From an uncultured archaeon (lineage in GTDB: Archaea; Halobacteriota; Archaeoglobi; Archaeoglobales; Archaeoglobaceae), in contig CAYZIW010000006.1 in NCBI GenBank assembly GCA_964478605.1, positions 1,002 through 65,001 on the forward strand: a stretch of DNA of 64,000 bases, written 5' to 3'. The notes beneath the pieces were generated by a model. That model was given only the letters and a program-made list of their open reading frames with translations. It did no database searches and was not told the origin of the DNA. Positions 10,215 through 19,636 of the stretch are shown here, piece after piece. How positions within the stretch are numbered: position 1 is the stretch's first letter; each line of letters opens with the position of its first letter. The position numbers and the translations under genes are program-made.

Positions 10215-12635
10215 TTATCCATAGCCAGCGAACGGTTTTGCTGCAATCTTCGCTTTTTCTGAACGTAATCTCTCCTCGAAACGTTCATAGAAGCTGAGCA
10301 TAGATTCACTAACGCTTGGCTTGACTTTCTTCATTGCCTCAAGGAAATGCTTCATCTCTACCTTTTCTACGTTCAGATTCTCCCTCATTGCAAGCATTAC
10401 TGCTTCTCTGCATATAGCCTCAATATCTGCACCAACATAGCCTTCTGTCATCTCGGAAAGTTCTTCTAGATCAACGTCCTCGCTTAAAGGCATGTTCCTC
10501 GTGTGGATCTTGAATATTGCCAGCCTACTCTTCTTGTCGGGAGGTCTTACATAAACCAATCTATCGAATCTTCCAGGCCTGAGTAGCGCTGGGTCTAGTA
10601 TGTCTGGTCTGTTTGTAGCTCCAATGACTATAACCCCTTGCAGTTCTTCAAGCCCATCCATCTCTGTCAGAAGCTGATTTAGTACTCTTTCAACAGCCCT
10701 ACTACCTTCTTCTAGTCCTCTAAACTGTGCTATTGCATCTATCTCGTCAAAAAAGATTATACATGGCGCCACTTGTCGAGCTTTCCTGAATATCTTTCTT
10801 ACAGCCTTCTCACTCTCTCCAAGCCATTTGCTTAACAACTCGCCACCTTTAACGCTTATAAAGTTTGCATTAGTTTCATTTGCAACGGCTTTCGCTATAA
10901 GTGTTTTACCAGTCCCCGGAGGACCAAAAAGAAGGATGCCTTTAGGAGGCCTTATCCCAAATTTCTTGAACTTCTCCGGATACTTTAAAGGCCACTCTAC
11001 AGCTTCTATGACTTCTCTCTTAACATCTTCGAGCCCACCTATATCGCTCCATCTTACCTTCGGAACCTCTACGAGCACTTCTCTCATAGCAGACGGTTCT
11101 ATCTCCTTTAAAGCTTCCATAAAGTCCTCCCAAGTCACTCTCATTGATTCTATAACATCTAGTGGAATTTCATCCGCCGTTAGATCTATCTGGGGTAGGT
11201 ACCTCCTTAAAGCCTTCATTGCAGCCTCTTTGCATAAAGCCTCGATATCTGCTCCAACAAAGCCGTGTGTTTGATCTGCAAGGTACCTCAACATCGCTTT
11301 AACTATGAAACTTTCAAGTTCAGGAATCATCTCTGGCTTCATCAAGTTGTTTATTATTGTTTTAACCTCTTCCTCCTTTTCTGCAGCTTTAACTTCGCCA
11401 TAAACGAATTTTAGATTGTCAAGTATCGTAGGTTCCTCAACATTCTTCATCATTTGCTCAAGGGCATCGAGAACGAACTCTCTGCTGTACTTCGGCTCTA
11501 CAGGCATGTTCCTTGTGTGGATCTGAAAGATCTCGAATCTACCTTCTCTGTCTGGGACACCAATCTCTATCTCTCTATCAAATCTACCCGGCCTTCTTAA
11601 GGCTGGATCTACGGCATCAGGTCTGTTCGTAGCACCAATAACTATTACTTGCCCTCTAGCCTCTAAGCCATCCATCAGGGTTAAAAGCTGAGCTACGACT
11701 CTCCTTTCAACTTCTCCAGTTACTTCTTCCCTCTTAGGAGCTATGGAGTCTATCTCATCTATGAATATTATCGAAGGTGCATTCTCCTTAGCCTCCTCAA
11801 ATATCTCCCTCAACCTCTGCTCACTCTCTCCATAGAACTTGCTCATTATCTCTGGCCCACTTATGGGAATGAAGTGAGCGTTAACTTCATTTGCAACGGC
11901 TTTCGCTATAAGTGTTTTACCAGTCCCCGGAGGACCGTAAAGGAGGACGCCTTTTGGTGGCTCAATTCCAAGGCGTTGGAAAAGTTCGGGATATCTTAGA
12001 GGTAATTCTATTACTTCCCTGACCTTCTGGAGTTCTTCCTTAAGACCACCAATGTCCTCATAAGTCACTCCAGCCTTACCTAACCTTTCAAATCCTTTAA
12101 CTGGTCTATCTCTGTATATGACCTTCGTACCTTCGTCTATAACAACAGCTCCCTTAGGTTCAGTCTTAACAGCAACAAATACGATCGCCTGATTTTGATT
12201 CATGTAACTTCCAAATCCAGAGAACGCCGGAGCACCAACTAAAGGAACCAGATCTCCCTCTAAAACCGGTCTTTTTAGTAGTTGCTGCTTTAGATATTCT
12301 CCTACGTCGACTCCATATATCTTCAACTCCATCTTTTTAAGTGGAGCCAAAACGACTACTTTTGCCGATACATAGTCTACTTTTCTAACCTTAACCAAAT
12401 CTCCAACACCAACACCAGCGTTTTCTCTAGTAAATTTGTCGATTCTTATAACATTCTTTCCCCAATCTCTTTTTGGTGATCTCCAGACTTTCGCTACAGT
12501 CTTTCTCTTACCTTCAATCTCTACTATATCTCCTAGAGAGATCTGAAGCTTCATCATTGATTCAGGATCAAGTCTAACAATCCCTCTACCCGAGTCACTC
12601 GGATAAGCTTGATTGACCTTTAATGTCAACTCCAT
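10215..12635 (-). CDS. cdc48: Cdc48/VCP-like AAA+ ATPase
   Basis: Two AAA modules, each with [17 protein letters not shown] and DEID. N-terminal Cdc48 domain. Start chosen at MELTLKV (12635), not the track's 12713. A helical insertion of about 65 aa sits in D1 between HTRNMP and THGFVGAD. Confidence 0.9.
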   Translation of the reverse strand: MELTLKVNQAYPSDSGRGIVRLDPESMMKLQISLGDIVEIEGKRKTVAKVWRSPKRDWGKNVIRIDKFTRENAGVGVGDLVKVRKVDYVSAKVVVLAPLKKMELKIYGVDVGEYLKQQLLKRPVLEGDLVPLVGAPAFSGFGSYMNQNQAIVFVAVKTEPKGAVVIDEGTKVIYRDRPVKGFERLGKAGVTYEDIGGLKEELQKVREVIELPLRYPELFQRLGIEPPKGVLLYGPPGTGKTLIAKAVANEVNAHFIPISGPEIMSKFYGESEQRLREIFEEAKENAPSIIFIDEIDSIAPKREEVTGEVERRVVAQLLTLMDGLEARGQVIVIGATNRPDAVDPALRRPGRFDREIEIGVPDREGRFEIFQIHTRNMPVEPKYSREFVLDALEQMMKNVEEPTILDNLKFVYGEVKAAEKEEEVKTIINNLMKPEMIPELESFIVKAMLRYLADQTHGFVGADIEALCKEAAMKALRRYLPQIDLTADEIPLDVIESMRVTWEDFMEALKEIEPSAMREVLVEVPKVRWSDIGGLEDVKREVIEAVEWPLKYPEKFKKFGIRPPKGILLFGPPGTGKTLIAKAVANETNANFISVKGGELLSKWLGESEKAVRKIFRKARQVAPCIIFFDEIDAIAQFRGLEEGSRAVERVLNQLLTEMDGLEELQGVIVIGATNRPDILDPALLRPGRFDRLVYVRPPDKKSRLAIFKIHTRNMPLSEDVDLEELSEMTEGYVGADIEAICREAVMLAMRENLNVEKVEMKHFLEAMKKVKPSVSESMLSFYERFEERLRSEKAKIAAKPFAGYG
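10875..10925. repeat. 51-nt exact direct repeat, copy 1 (Cdc48 D2 Walker A)
   Basis: ttcatttgcaacggctttcgctataagtgttttaccagtccccggaggacc is identical to 11887-11937. Confidence 0.9.
11887..11937. repeat. 51-nt exact direct repeat, copy 2 (Cdc48 D1 Walker A)
   Basis: Identical to 10875-10925, synonymous positions included. Confidence 0.9.
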
Positions 12636-12688
12636 CTCATCACCTAAAGTATTTTTATTTTGGAGCAAAAAAGACTTGTGGTGATACG

Positions 12689-13843
12689 ATGAAGATAGCG
12701 ATATTCGATGCATTCAATGGAGCAAGCGGAAACATGATCTTGGCATCTTTGCTGGGAATCTCGCTCAGTGAAGAGGATTTGCGGAGAATCATAAAATCCT
12801 TGGGCTTGAAAATAGATTTTGAAATTAAAAAAGTTGAAAAAAAAGGGATCCAAGCGAACTACATAGATGTAAAAGAGGAGATCGTTGAAAGAGATTTTGA
12901 GGAGGTAGTAAAGATCCTGAAGTCTTCCGATCTAGATGATGCAGTAAAGAAGGACTCAATAAACATATTTTCAATGCTATTTAACGCTGAAAAAAATATC
13001 CATGGAGACTGCAGTTTTCACGAAGTCGGTAGTGATGATGCTATATTTGACGTGGTTTCTGCTGTGTCGGGAATAAGAAGGTTGATACTAGATGGTTACA
13101 GATTTTACGCTACAACAATTAGGGTCGGTAGTGGTTTTACGAGTTTCTCTCACGGCAAGTATCCAGTACCGGCCCCAGCAACCTTGGAGGTCCTTAAAAA
13201 TTCAGAACTTGAGATCTGCTTTGGGGGAGATCTAGAGTTGCTAACACCTACAGGGGCATCTATTTTAAGCTATTACTGCAAAAAATTGCCAAAAATCCCA
13301 TTTATGGTAAAAAATGTTTCTTACGGGGCAGGAAAATATGAAACCGAAGTTCCAAATGTTTTAAGGCTTATATTGGGTGAGACTACACAAGCAGATTCAA
13401 TAGTACTTCTCGAGACTAACATCGACGATGTAAGCGGGGAATTTATTGGCTATGCCGCTGAAAATTTACGTAAGCTTTCCGGAGTTCTTGATGTCTGGAT
13501 CGTCCCAGCTTATGGCAAAAAATCTCGACCAGTTTTCGAGATAAAAGTAATAACAAAAGAGAGCTTTGCTGAAGAAGTTGCAAAAAAATTGATGGAACTA
13601 ACGGGAACACTTGGAGTAAGATTGATCTCCATAAATCACAGAATAGTTGCTGAAAGAGAGATTAAAACTGCAAAGATCAACTTCAAAGGTAGAAACTACG
13701 AAGTTCGTTACAAGATCTCGCCAACAAGATGTAAATTGGAATTTGATGATATATGTAAGATAGCCGAGGAGACGAATACTCCAATCTTTGAGGTGTATAG
13801 AATACTGACAAAAGAGGTGTACGATGCTGATCCAGAGCGGTAG
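12689..13843 (+). CDS. larC: LarC-family nickel insertion protein (DUF111)
   Basis: N-terminus [23 protein letters not shown] is typical of DUF111/LarC. Start taken at the ATG at 12689 rather than the track's 12623. Confidence 0.75.
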   Translation: MKIAIFDAFNGASGNMILASLLGISLSEEDLRRIIKSLGLKIDFEIKKVEKKGIQANYIDVKEEIVERDFEEVVKILKSSDLDDAVKKDSINIFSMLFNAEKNIHGDCSFHEVGSDDAIFDVVSAVSGIRRLILDGYRFYATTIRVGSGFTSFSHGKYPVPAPATLEVLKNSELEICFGGDLELLTPTGASILSYYCKKLPKIPFMVKNVSYGAGKYETEVPNVLRLILGETTQADSIVLLETNIDDVSGEFIGYAAENLRKLSGVLDVWIVPAYGKKSRPVFEIKVITKESFAEEVAKKLMELTGTLGVRLISINHRIVAEREIKTAKINFKGRNYEVRYKISPTRCKLEFDDICKIAEETNTPIFEVYRILTKEVYDADPER

Positions 13844-14477
13844 TAGATGTATAGATTCTCTTCTTGGTGGAGGGGTTGAAAGCGGAACTATAACTCAATT
13901 CTATGGCCCAAGTGGTACAGGAAAAACAACCGTATGTTTGATGCTAGCTAAAAATGCAGCTTTAAATTACAAGGTTGCATACATCGATACCGAAGGCCTA
14001 TCTGCAGAAAGAGTTAAACAGATATTCGGTAGTAAAGAACTTTTCGCAAATGTGTTCGTTTACGATGTTTTCGATTTCAGACAGCAAAGTTCAGCAATAA
14101 AGGATGCTGAAAAATTATGCAAGGATGAAAATATAAAACTGATAATCGTGGACAGCTTCACAGCTTTATATAGAAGCGAGCTTGAAGATGAAAAACAGCT
14201 AAAGATAAAACGTATCCTTACCCAACAACTCACTTTTCTTCTTGGCTTAGCAAGGAAGTACGATGTTGCGGTGGTTATAACGAATCAGATGTTTACAGAT
14301 GTAAAAACCGGGGAGGAAAAACCTTTAGGAGGAACAAGTGTAGATCACCTATCTAAGGTTATAATATCTCTAGAAAGGCACGGAAACAAAAGGTTAGCGA
14401 GACTAATAAAGCATAGATGGCTGCCCGAGGGCATCAGCTGCGAGTTTTCGATTACAAATAGAGGGATAGAACCTTAA
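13824..14477 (+). CDS. radB: DNA repair and recombination protein RadB
   Basis: 217 aa, short RecA-family protein. Contains [24 protein letters not shown] and the Walker B motif LIIVDS. Confidence 0.85.
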   Translation: MLIQSGSRCIDSLLGGGVESGTITQFYGPSGTGKTTVCLMLAKNAALNYKVAYIDTEGLSAERVKQIFGSKELFANVFVYDVFDFRQQSSAIKDAEKLCKDENIKLIIVDSFTALYRSELEDEKQLKIKRILTQQLTFLLGLARKYDVAVVITNQMFTDVKTGEEKPLGGTSVDHLSKVIISLERHGNKRLARLIKHRWLPEGISCEFSITNRGIEP

Positions 14478-14836
14478 AGTAGCGGCAAATTGCCAGTCAC
14501 TTTATCTATCTTGTTTTCCTCATCCGGCCCAATAACTATAGCCGTTACAGTGCCGGGCGGGATCTCTGTAAGCCCAGCATCAACCACGATATCTGTCTTC
14601 AACCCTAAAGATTCGGCCTTCCTTTTTAAAGATAGAAGATCTTCCAGCGACTTAACCTTAACAACGATCTTTTTTTGTCCTTCTCGAAGCCATCTTTCTC
14701 TGATATCTTCTCTAGCCTTCAAGAATCCTAAAATCGCAGCATGTGCAACTTGAACTGCTAATTTGCCTTTAGACAAATTCAAATCTTCTCTTACTACAAT
14801 TACCTGTTTCAATTCAATATTCTTCCCCAAAACCAT
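14474..14836 (-). CDS. pth2: Peptidyl-tRNA hydrolase, archaeal type
   Basis: 120 aa. Contains [12 protein letters not shown] and [21 protein letters not shown]. Confidence 0.85.
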   Translation of the reverse strand: MVLGKNIELKQVIVVREDLNLSKGKLAVQVAHAAILGFLKAREDIRERWLREGQKKIVVKVKSLEDLLSLKRKAESLGLKTDIVVDAGLTEIPPGTVTAIVIGPDEENKIDKVTGNLPLL

Positions 14837-15119
14837 AACTTTTCAGCTCTTGAATGCTAACGGGTTTTGATTTTTCCTCAATCCACTTTTTACCTACTTC
14901 CAAAGCTGCATTTTCGTCGAAATCTGAAACTACGATCTTATCGAGTTCAACCTTCTGGATACAATCTTTTGGAATTCCTATGAAATCTGCCCCAACCTTT
15001 ACAATTAAGTAGTTTTTGTAAATATCTATGCTCTCCCCGAAGCTTTTTCCGTTTTTAAAGACGAATTTACATATCAAATCCATGATGAAAGTTTTCTTCA
15101 GCTTAAAAAGATTTGCCAA
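14814..15119 (-). CDS. Hypothetical small protein
   Basis: 101-aa ORF overlapping the pth2 start by 23 nt. No motif I can name. An internal start at MDLICKF is possible. Confidence 0.4.
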   Translation of the reverse strand: MANLFKLKKTFIMDLICKFVFKNGKSFGESIDIYKNYLIVKVGADFIGIPKDCIQKVELDKIVVSDFDENAALEVGKKWIEEKSKPVSIQELKSYGFGEEY

Positions 15120-15164
15120 GATGCATGCGGTAGAGTTATATACTCAGCCTTAATGCTCAAAAAC

Positions 15165-15320
15165 ATGGCGAGGTTCCCAGAAGCTGAGGCAAGATTGTTC
15201 AACGTTAAAATATGCATGAGATGCAACGCTCGAAACCCAATGAAAGCAGAAGTTTGCAGGAAATGTGGATATAGAGGACTCAGACCCAAATCTAAAGAAC
15301 GAAAGGGTAAGGGCAAGTAA
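15165..15320 (+). CDS. rpl40e: 50S ribosomal protein L40e
   Basis: Not in the track (51 aa). My translation is [51 protein letters not shown], with the CxxC...CxxC zinc ribbon typical of L40e. Confidence 0.85.
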   Translation: MARFPEAEARLFNVKICMRCNARNPMKAEVCRKCGYRGLRPKSKERKGKGK

Positions 15321-15420
15321 CTTCAAAATTTTTAAGTTTCAACCTTTTTCAAAAAAGTTGCAGCATGAAAATAAAAACTTTTAAACCTAAATTTTAAATT
15401 AATTCCAACGCTCTCTCAGA

Positions 15421-15681
15421 TCACTTGGGGCTTTCTTTATATGCATTCAAAACCGCATTCACTATTTTTTCTCTTGCTTCCTTACTTGTCGGGTGGAAAA
15501 CATCCTGGAAATTGCCATCCTTTCCCTTCTTTCCAGGCATACTTACCCAAAGACCCTTCTCTCCTTCCATAACTTTTATTCCCTTCACAACAAACTCGTT
15601 GTCCAAACTCACAGATGCATATGCCTTTACAGCCCCTTTCCCACTCACCTTGTATATTCTCACTTCTGTAATTTCCGCCAA
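15421..15681 (-). CDS. spoVG: SpoVG-family protein
   Basis: 86 aa. ITEVRIYKVSGKGAVKAYASVSLDNEFVVKGIKVMEGEKGLWVSMP matches the SpoVG core. TTG start is preceded by AAAGGAGGAGGA. Confidence 0.75.
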   Translation of the reverse strand: MAEITEVRIYKVSGKGAVKAYASVSLDNEFVVKGIKVMEGEKGLWVSMPGKKGKDGNFQDVFHPTSKEAREKIVNAVLNAYKESPK

Positions 15682-15784
15682 ATCTAATCCTCCTCCTTTT
15701 TAGATTTTTCAGCCTTTGGCCTAGCGAATATTTAAGCCTTTCTAAACATCGAAAATTGAAAATATTGAATTTAAAAATAAAATT

Positions 15785-15857
15785 TAGCCCCGCGGGGATT
15801 CGAACCCCGGTCGCGGGCTCCAAAGGCCCGCATGATTGACCGCTACACCACGGGGCT
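15785..15857 (-). tRNA. tRNA-Gln (anticodon TTG)
   Basis: Reverse complement is AGCCCCGTGGTGTAGCGGTCAATCATGCGGGCCTTTGGAGCCCGCGACCGGGGTTCGAATCCCCGCGGGGCTA. Anticodon loop is CTTTGGA. It is a GC-rich island in AT-rich DNA. Confidence 0.9.
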
Positions 15858-15914
15858 GACAATTAATTTTGCAACCATCTGTTAAAAAACTTAGCGCAAA
15901 ATTTTTTCTTATGA

Positions 15915-16757
15915 ATGAACACAAACTTTATGCTCTATCTTGGCCTCATAGGTTATCCGGTAAAGCACTCTGTATCTCCAGCAATGCATAATGCTGCTTT
16001 AAAAAAAGCTGGAATCGATGCTGTCTACTTAGCGTTCGAGGTCAGACCAGATCAGCTAGAGGACGCGATAAAAGGTGCAAAAGCCCTCGGTTTTCTTGGA
16101 CTTAACGTGACCTTGCCTTACAAAGAGGAGGTGCTGAAGTTTGTTAAAGCTGTCGGAGATGCTTCAAAGATAAACGCCGCCAACACTTTAGATTTGAGAA
16201 ATATGCTCGGCTACAATACTGACGTTTTCGGAGTGGAGGAGGCTTTCAAGAACGCTGGTGTTGTTGTAGAGGAGAAGAGAGCTCTTGTAGTTGGAAGTGG
16301 CGGAGCCGGTAAAGCTTGTGCTTATGCTCTACTAAAGAATGGTGCAGAGGTAATTTTAACAAATAGGACTGTGCAGAGAGGGATAGAAACAGCAGAAATT
16401 CTAAGAAGATACGGTTTTTGTATATTTCATCCCTACGAAAAGCTCGAAGAACTTGAGGGAAAGCTAGACATAATTGTAAACGCTACAACACTCGGCATGG
16501 TGGGATTTGAAAACAAAATTCCCGTACCTGAGAGTATTCTAAAAGATGCCGTTGTCTTCGATACAATCTATAACCCAATTGAAACTCCTCTTATCTCTTT
16601 GGCAAGAAAGATGGGGTGTAAAGTGATCAGTGGAGTTGAAATGCTTGTATACCAAGGCGCAAAGGCATTTGAAATTTGGACTGGTTTAAAGCCGGATGTG
16701 GATTTAATGCGTGAAGTGGCAATCAAGTCGATTACAAAAAGTTATAAAACTCTCTGA
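15915..16757 (+). CDS. aroE: Shikimate dehydrogenase
   Basis: 280 aa. Contains GLIGYPVKHSVSPAMHNAA, NVTLPYKE and GSGGAGKA. Confidence 0.85.
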   Translation: MNTNFMLYLGLIGYPVKHSVSPAMHNAALKKAGIDAVYLAFEVRPDQLEDAIKGAKALGFLGLNVTLPYKEEVLKFVKAVGDASKINAANTLDLRNMLGYNTDVFGVEEAFKNAGVVVEEKRALVVGSGGAGKACAYALLKNGAEVILTNRTVQRGIETAEILRRYGFCIFHPYEKLEELEGKLDIIVNATTLGMVGFENKIPVPESILKDAVVFDTIYNPIETPLISLARKMGCKVISGVEMLVYQGAKAFEIWTGLKPDVDLMREVAIKSITKSYKTL

Positions 16758-16769
16758 AATTCTTAACTT

Positions 16770-17681
16770 ATGTACGATTACGATGTAATAATCATCGGTG
16801 CTGGCCCTGCCGGCTGCAGTGCTGCTCTGTACTCAGCAAGGTATGGACTCAAAACAGCATTTTTTGAAGCTTTAGAACCGGTATCTCAACTATCACTGGC
16901 TGCAAAAATAGAAAACTACCCAGGATATGAGGGGAGTGGAATAGAGTTACTGGATAAAATGAAAGAACAGGCAATTAGAGCTGGAGCAGAGTGGAAGTTC
17001 GAAAAAGTTGAAAAAATAAGAAAAGAGGGAGAAGTTTTTGTGGTCGTATCTGAGAACGGAGAATACAAGTCGAAGTCGATAATAATCGCAACAGGTGGAA
17101 AACATAGAGAAGCGGGAATAGACGGTGAAAGATCCTTTCTTGGTAAAGGTGTAAGTTACTGCGCTACATGCGATGGCAGGTTCTTTGTTGGTAAGAACGT
17201 AGTGGTTTTTGGAAGTGGGAAGGAAGCTTTAGAAGATGCGATATACCTACATGATATAGGCTGCAAAGTGGTTTTAGTAGCAAGAACAAACGATCTGAGA
17301 GCTGAAAAAGCGTTGATAGATGAGATAAAAAAAAGAGATATCAAAGTTCTCACAGCGACGAACGTTAAGAGGATCGTTGGAACTGAAAAAGTAGAGAAAT
17401 TGATTTTATATGATAGAAAAACCAAAGCGGAGTTCGAGATCTCTGCAGACGGTATATTCATTGTGCTGGGAATTAGACCTGCAACAGACATAGTATCTGA
17501 CATCGGAGTTGAAAGAGATAGTTTTGGATACATAAAAGTTGACAAAGAGCAGAAGACCAATATCCCAGGAGTTTTTGCTGCCGGAGATTGCTGCGATAAT
17601 CCACTAAAACAGGTCATCACTGCATGCGGAGATGGTGCTCTGGCAGCTTATTCGGCATACAGATACCTTAATAAAGCTTGA
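16770..17681 (+). CDS. trxB: Thioredoxin reductase
   Basis: 303 aa. Contains IIIGAGPAG, redox centre CATCDG and FAAGDC. Confidence 0.85.
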   Translation: MYDYDVIIIGAGPAGCSAALYSARYGLKTAFFEALEPVSQLSLAAKIENYPGYEGSGIELLDKMKEQAIRAGAEWKFEKVEKIRKEGEVFVVVSENGEYKSKSIIIATGGKHREAGIDGERSFLGKGVSYCATCDGRFFVGKNVVVFGSGKEALEDAIYLHDIGCKVVLVARTNDLRAEKALIDEIKKRDIKVLTATNVKRIVGTEKVEKLILYDRKTKAEFEISADGIFIVLGIRPATDIVSDIGVERDSFGYIKVDKEQKTNIPGVFAAGDCCDNPLKQVITACGDGALAAYSAYRYLNKA

Positions 17682-18594
17682 TTATTTTTTCGTAGAGCTT
17701 GTAAAGTTCTTCCGCAACATCGAAAAGTTTATCAGCATCTTTTAGCTTTTCTACCCACCTATTAGGAACTTCAAAACCAGCTGAACCTTTTAAAGATCCG
17801 CTAATAGCTGCTATCGAGTCTGTATCCCCTCCACAGTTTGCTGCAAGCTTTACCGATTCCTCAAAGTTTCTTCCAGCAAAAAAACAATAAAAAGCCATAG
17901 GAACGGAATCGAAAGAAGAAATGGAATTACCAATCTTTCCAACCGCAAAATCTACGTCTCTATCTGAGATTTCATAAGCATATTCAATTTTTTCTGCTAC
18001 AAGCGGATCGTATCCAATGGCCCTTTTACTTACCTCCTCCACCAACTCATCTAAGCTGAATCCACGAAGATTACAAGCTACTGCAACAGCTACTGCAACA
18101 GCTGCTCCAATGGCGGAATAATTTCTGTGTGTTACTATCGCAGAAAGCTCGGCATATTTTTCTACTAGATCCAAACTGAAACTGTAGACCAAACCTACAG
18201 GAGTTACCCTCATTGCAGCTCCGCAAGTATCACTATCAACCCCAGATTTGCTCCAAGGGATTCCGTTGATCAGATTATAAATAGCCCTTCTCGTTGTAGG
18301 ACCAACTCTTTTACTTGTCGTCTCAAAGAACCATCTTTTCAGCCTATTGGCAAAATCTTCGGGATCGAAATAAATTGTGTTCAATATAGATTCTGCAAGT
18401 ACAAGCATCTGTTCTGTATCGTCGGTCCATTCCCCAGCCTTGAGATCTCCGTATGGAGAGGGGAGATAATCTTCTATGCATCCATATATGTTTTTTATCT
18501 GTTCTCTGCTCATACCCTCAGCAGGCATTCCGAGAGCATCACCTACAGCCAAGCCAACGATCGAGTTTCTGAACTTTTTAAGTATCGTCGACAC
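17668..18594 (-). CDS. ADP-ribosylglycohydrolase family protein
   Basis: 308 aa. N-terminal GLAVGDALGMPAEG, and TDDTEQ and GGDTDSIAAI metal-site motifs. Confidence 0.8.
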   Translation of the reverse strand: MSTILKKFRNSIVGLAVGDALGMPAEGMSREQIKNIYGCIEDYLPSPYGDLKAGEWTDDTEQMLVLAESILNTIYFDPEDFANRLKRWFFETTSKRVGPTTRRAIYNLINGIPWSKSGVDSDTCGAAMRVTPVGLVYSFSLDLVEKYAELSAIVTHRNYSAIGAAVAVAVAVACNLRGFSLDELVEEVSKRAIGYDPLVAEKIEYAYEISDRDVDFAVGKIGNSISSFDSVPMAFYCFFAGRNFEESVKLAANCGGDTDSIAAISGSLKGSAGFEVPNRWVEKLKDADKLFDVAEELYKLYEKIIKLY

Positions 18595-18643
18595 TGCATG
18601 AATAGATCGATTAGTTTTTAAAAATTTACACCGCTAGTAAACT

Positions 18644-19636
18644 ATGAAGGTAGTTTTGCTCGCAGGTGGATATGCCACAAGACTTTGGCCGATAACAAAA
18701 AACAGAGCAAAACCACTGCTACCCTTAGGTAGGCAAAAGATAATAGACTTCGTGTATGAAAAAGCCAAAGGATTTGGAGAAATTTTAATCTCCACAAACA
18801 AAAGGTTTGAAGATGATTTTAAAAACTGGGCTAAGGAGAAAGATGTCAAGATTGTAGCAGAGAACACAAGAAGCGAAGAAGAGAAACTTGGTGCAGTAAG
18901 GGCTCTTGCCTACGTTACAGAAGATATCGAAGATGATGTATTTGTAATCGCCGCCGATAATGTATTCGATTTCGATTTAGAAAAGATGGTAAATCTCTTC
19001 AAAAAAAGTCGTGAAGTTGTAGTTGCACTCTACGATGTTGGTGATTTAGAATTAGCTAAAAGATATGGTGTAGCAGAGGTTAGCGGAGAGAAAATTGTAA
19101 ATTTTGAAGAGAAACCTCCGCATCCGAAATCCTCACTTATAGGTGTTGCAATATATTTATTACCTGAAGATACTCTCAGCGATCTTCGAGAGTACGTTGA
19201 AAGTAACAGAAAAAAGGATAACCTTGGGGACTTTATTGCCTACCTCTGTAAGAGAAGAGATGTACTTGCTTGTACTTTTAATGGAAACTGGTACGATATT
19301 GGAACTCCAGACTCATACCTAGAAGCTCTGAAAACCTACATGAGCAACTACATAGCAAAAGATGTTGAAATCAGCAAGGCTTCGAAGATAATTGAGCCAG
19401 TAGTGATAGAAAGTGGAGTGAAGATAAGTGGAAGATCAATAATTGGGCCATACACATACATAGCGTCCAATTGTGTTATAGAATCGTGCGATATAAGCGA
19501 GAGCGTTATTTTTGAGAGAAATGTAATGAGCAGAACCAAACTCTTAAGATGTTTGGTTGATGATGCATGCGAAATAAGAAATATAGAACTTAGCAGTTCA
19601 ATAATAGGTGGACACGCTAAGATTCAGAGAGGATGA
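18644..19636 (+). CDS. Sugar-phosphate nucleotidyltransferase with C-terminal left-handed beta-helix
   Basis: 330 aa. Contains MKVVLLAGGYATRLWPITKNRAKPLLPLG and a hexapeptide-repeat-like C-terminus. Confidence 0.75.
   Translation: MKVVLLAGGYATRLWPITKNRAKPLLPLGRQKIIDFVYEKAKGFGEILISTNKRFEDDFKNWAKEKDVKIVAENTRSEEEKLGAVRALAYVTEDIEDDVFVIAADNVFDFDLEKMVNLFKKSREVVVALYDVGDLELAKRYGVAEVSGEKIVNFEEKPPHPKSSLIGVAIYLLPEDTLSDLREYVESNRKKDNLGDFIAYLCKRRDVLACTFNGNWYDIGTPDSYLEALKTYMSNYIAKDVEISKASKIIEPVVIESGVKISGRSIIGPYTYIASNCVIESCDISESVIFERNVMSRTKLLRCLVDDACEIRNIELSSSIIGGHAKIQRG

Noticed and set aside
12636-12713. Extended N-termini given by the track for cdc48 (to 12713), larC (from 12623), cfbD (from 46224), the DUF35 gene (from 4645) and the second CoA-transferase (from 55799)
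   Set aside because: The extensions overlap neighbouring genes or divergent promoters and add non-homologous residues. Internal ATGs match the family N-termini and give the short overlaps typical of this operon-dense genome.
15098-15316. 72-aa minus-strand ORF from the track
   Set aside because: The opposite strand encodes an unmistakable 51-aa ribosomal protein L40e (15165-15320). The minus ORF is its antisense shadow.
15482-15862. 126-aa minus-strand ORF spanning spoVG and the tRNA-Gln
   Set aside because: It is out of frame with the well-supported SpoVG ORF and runs through a tRNA gene, so it is spurious.
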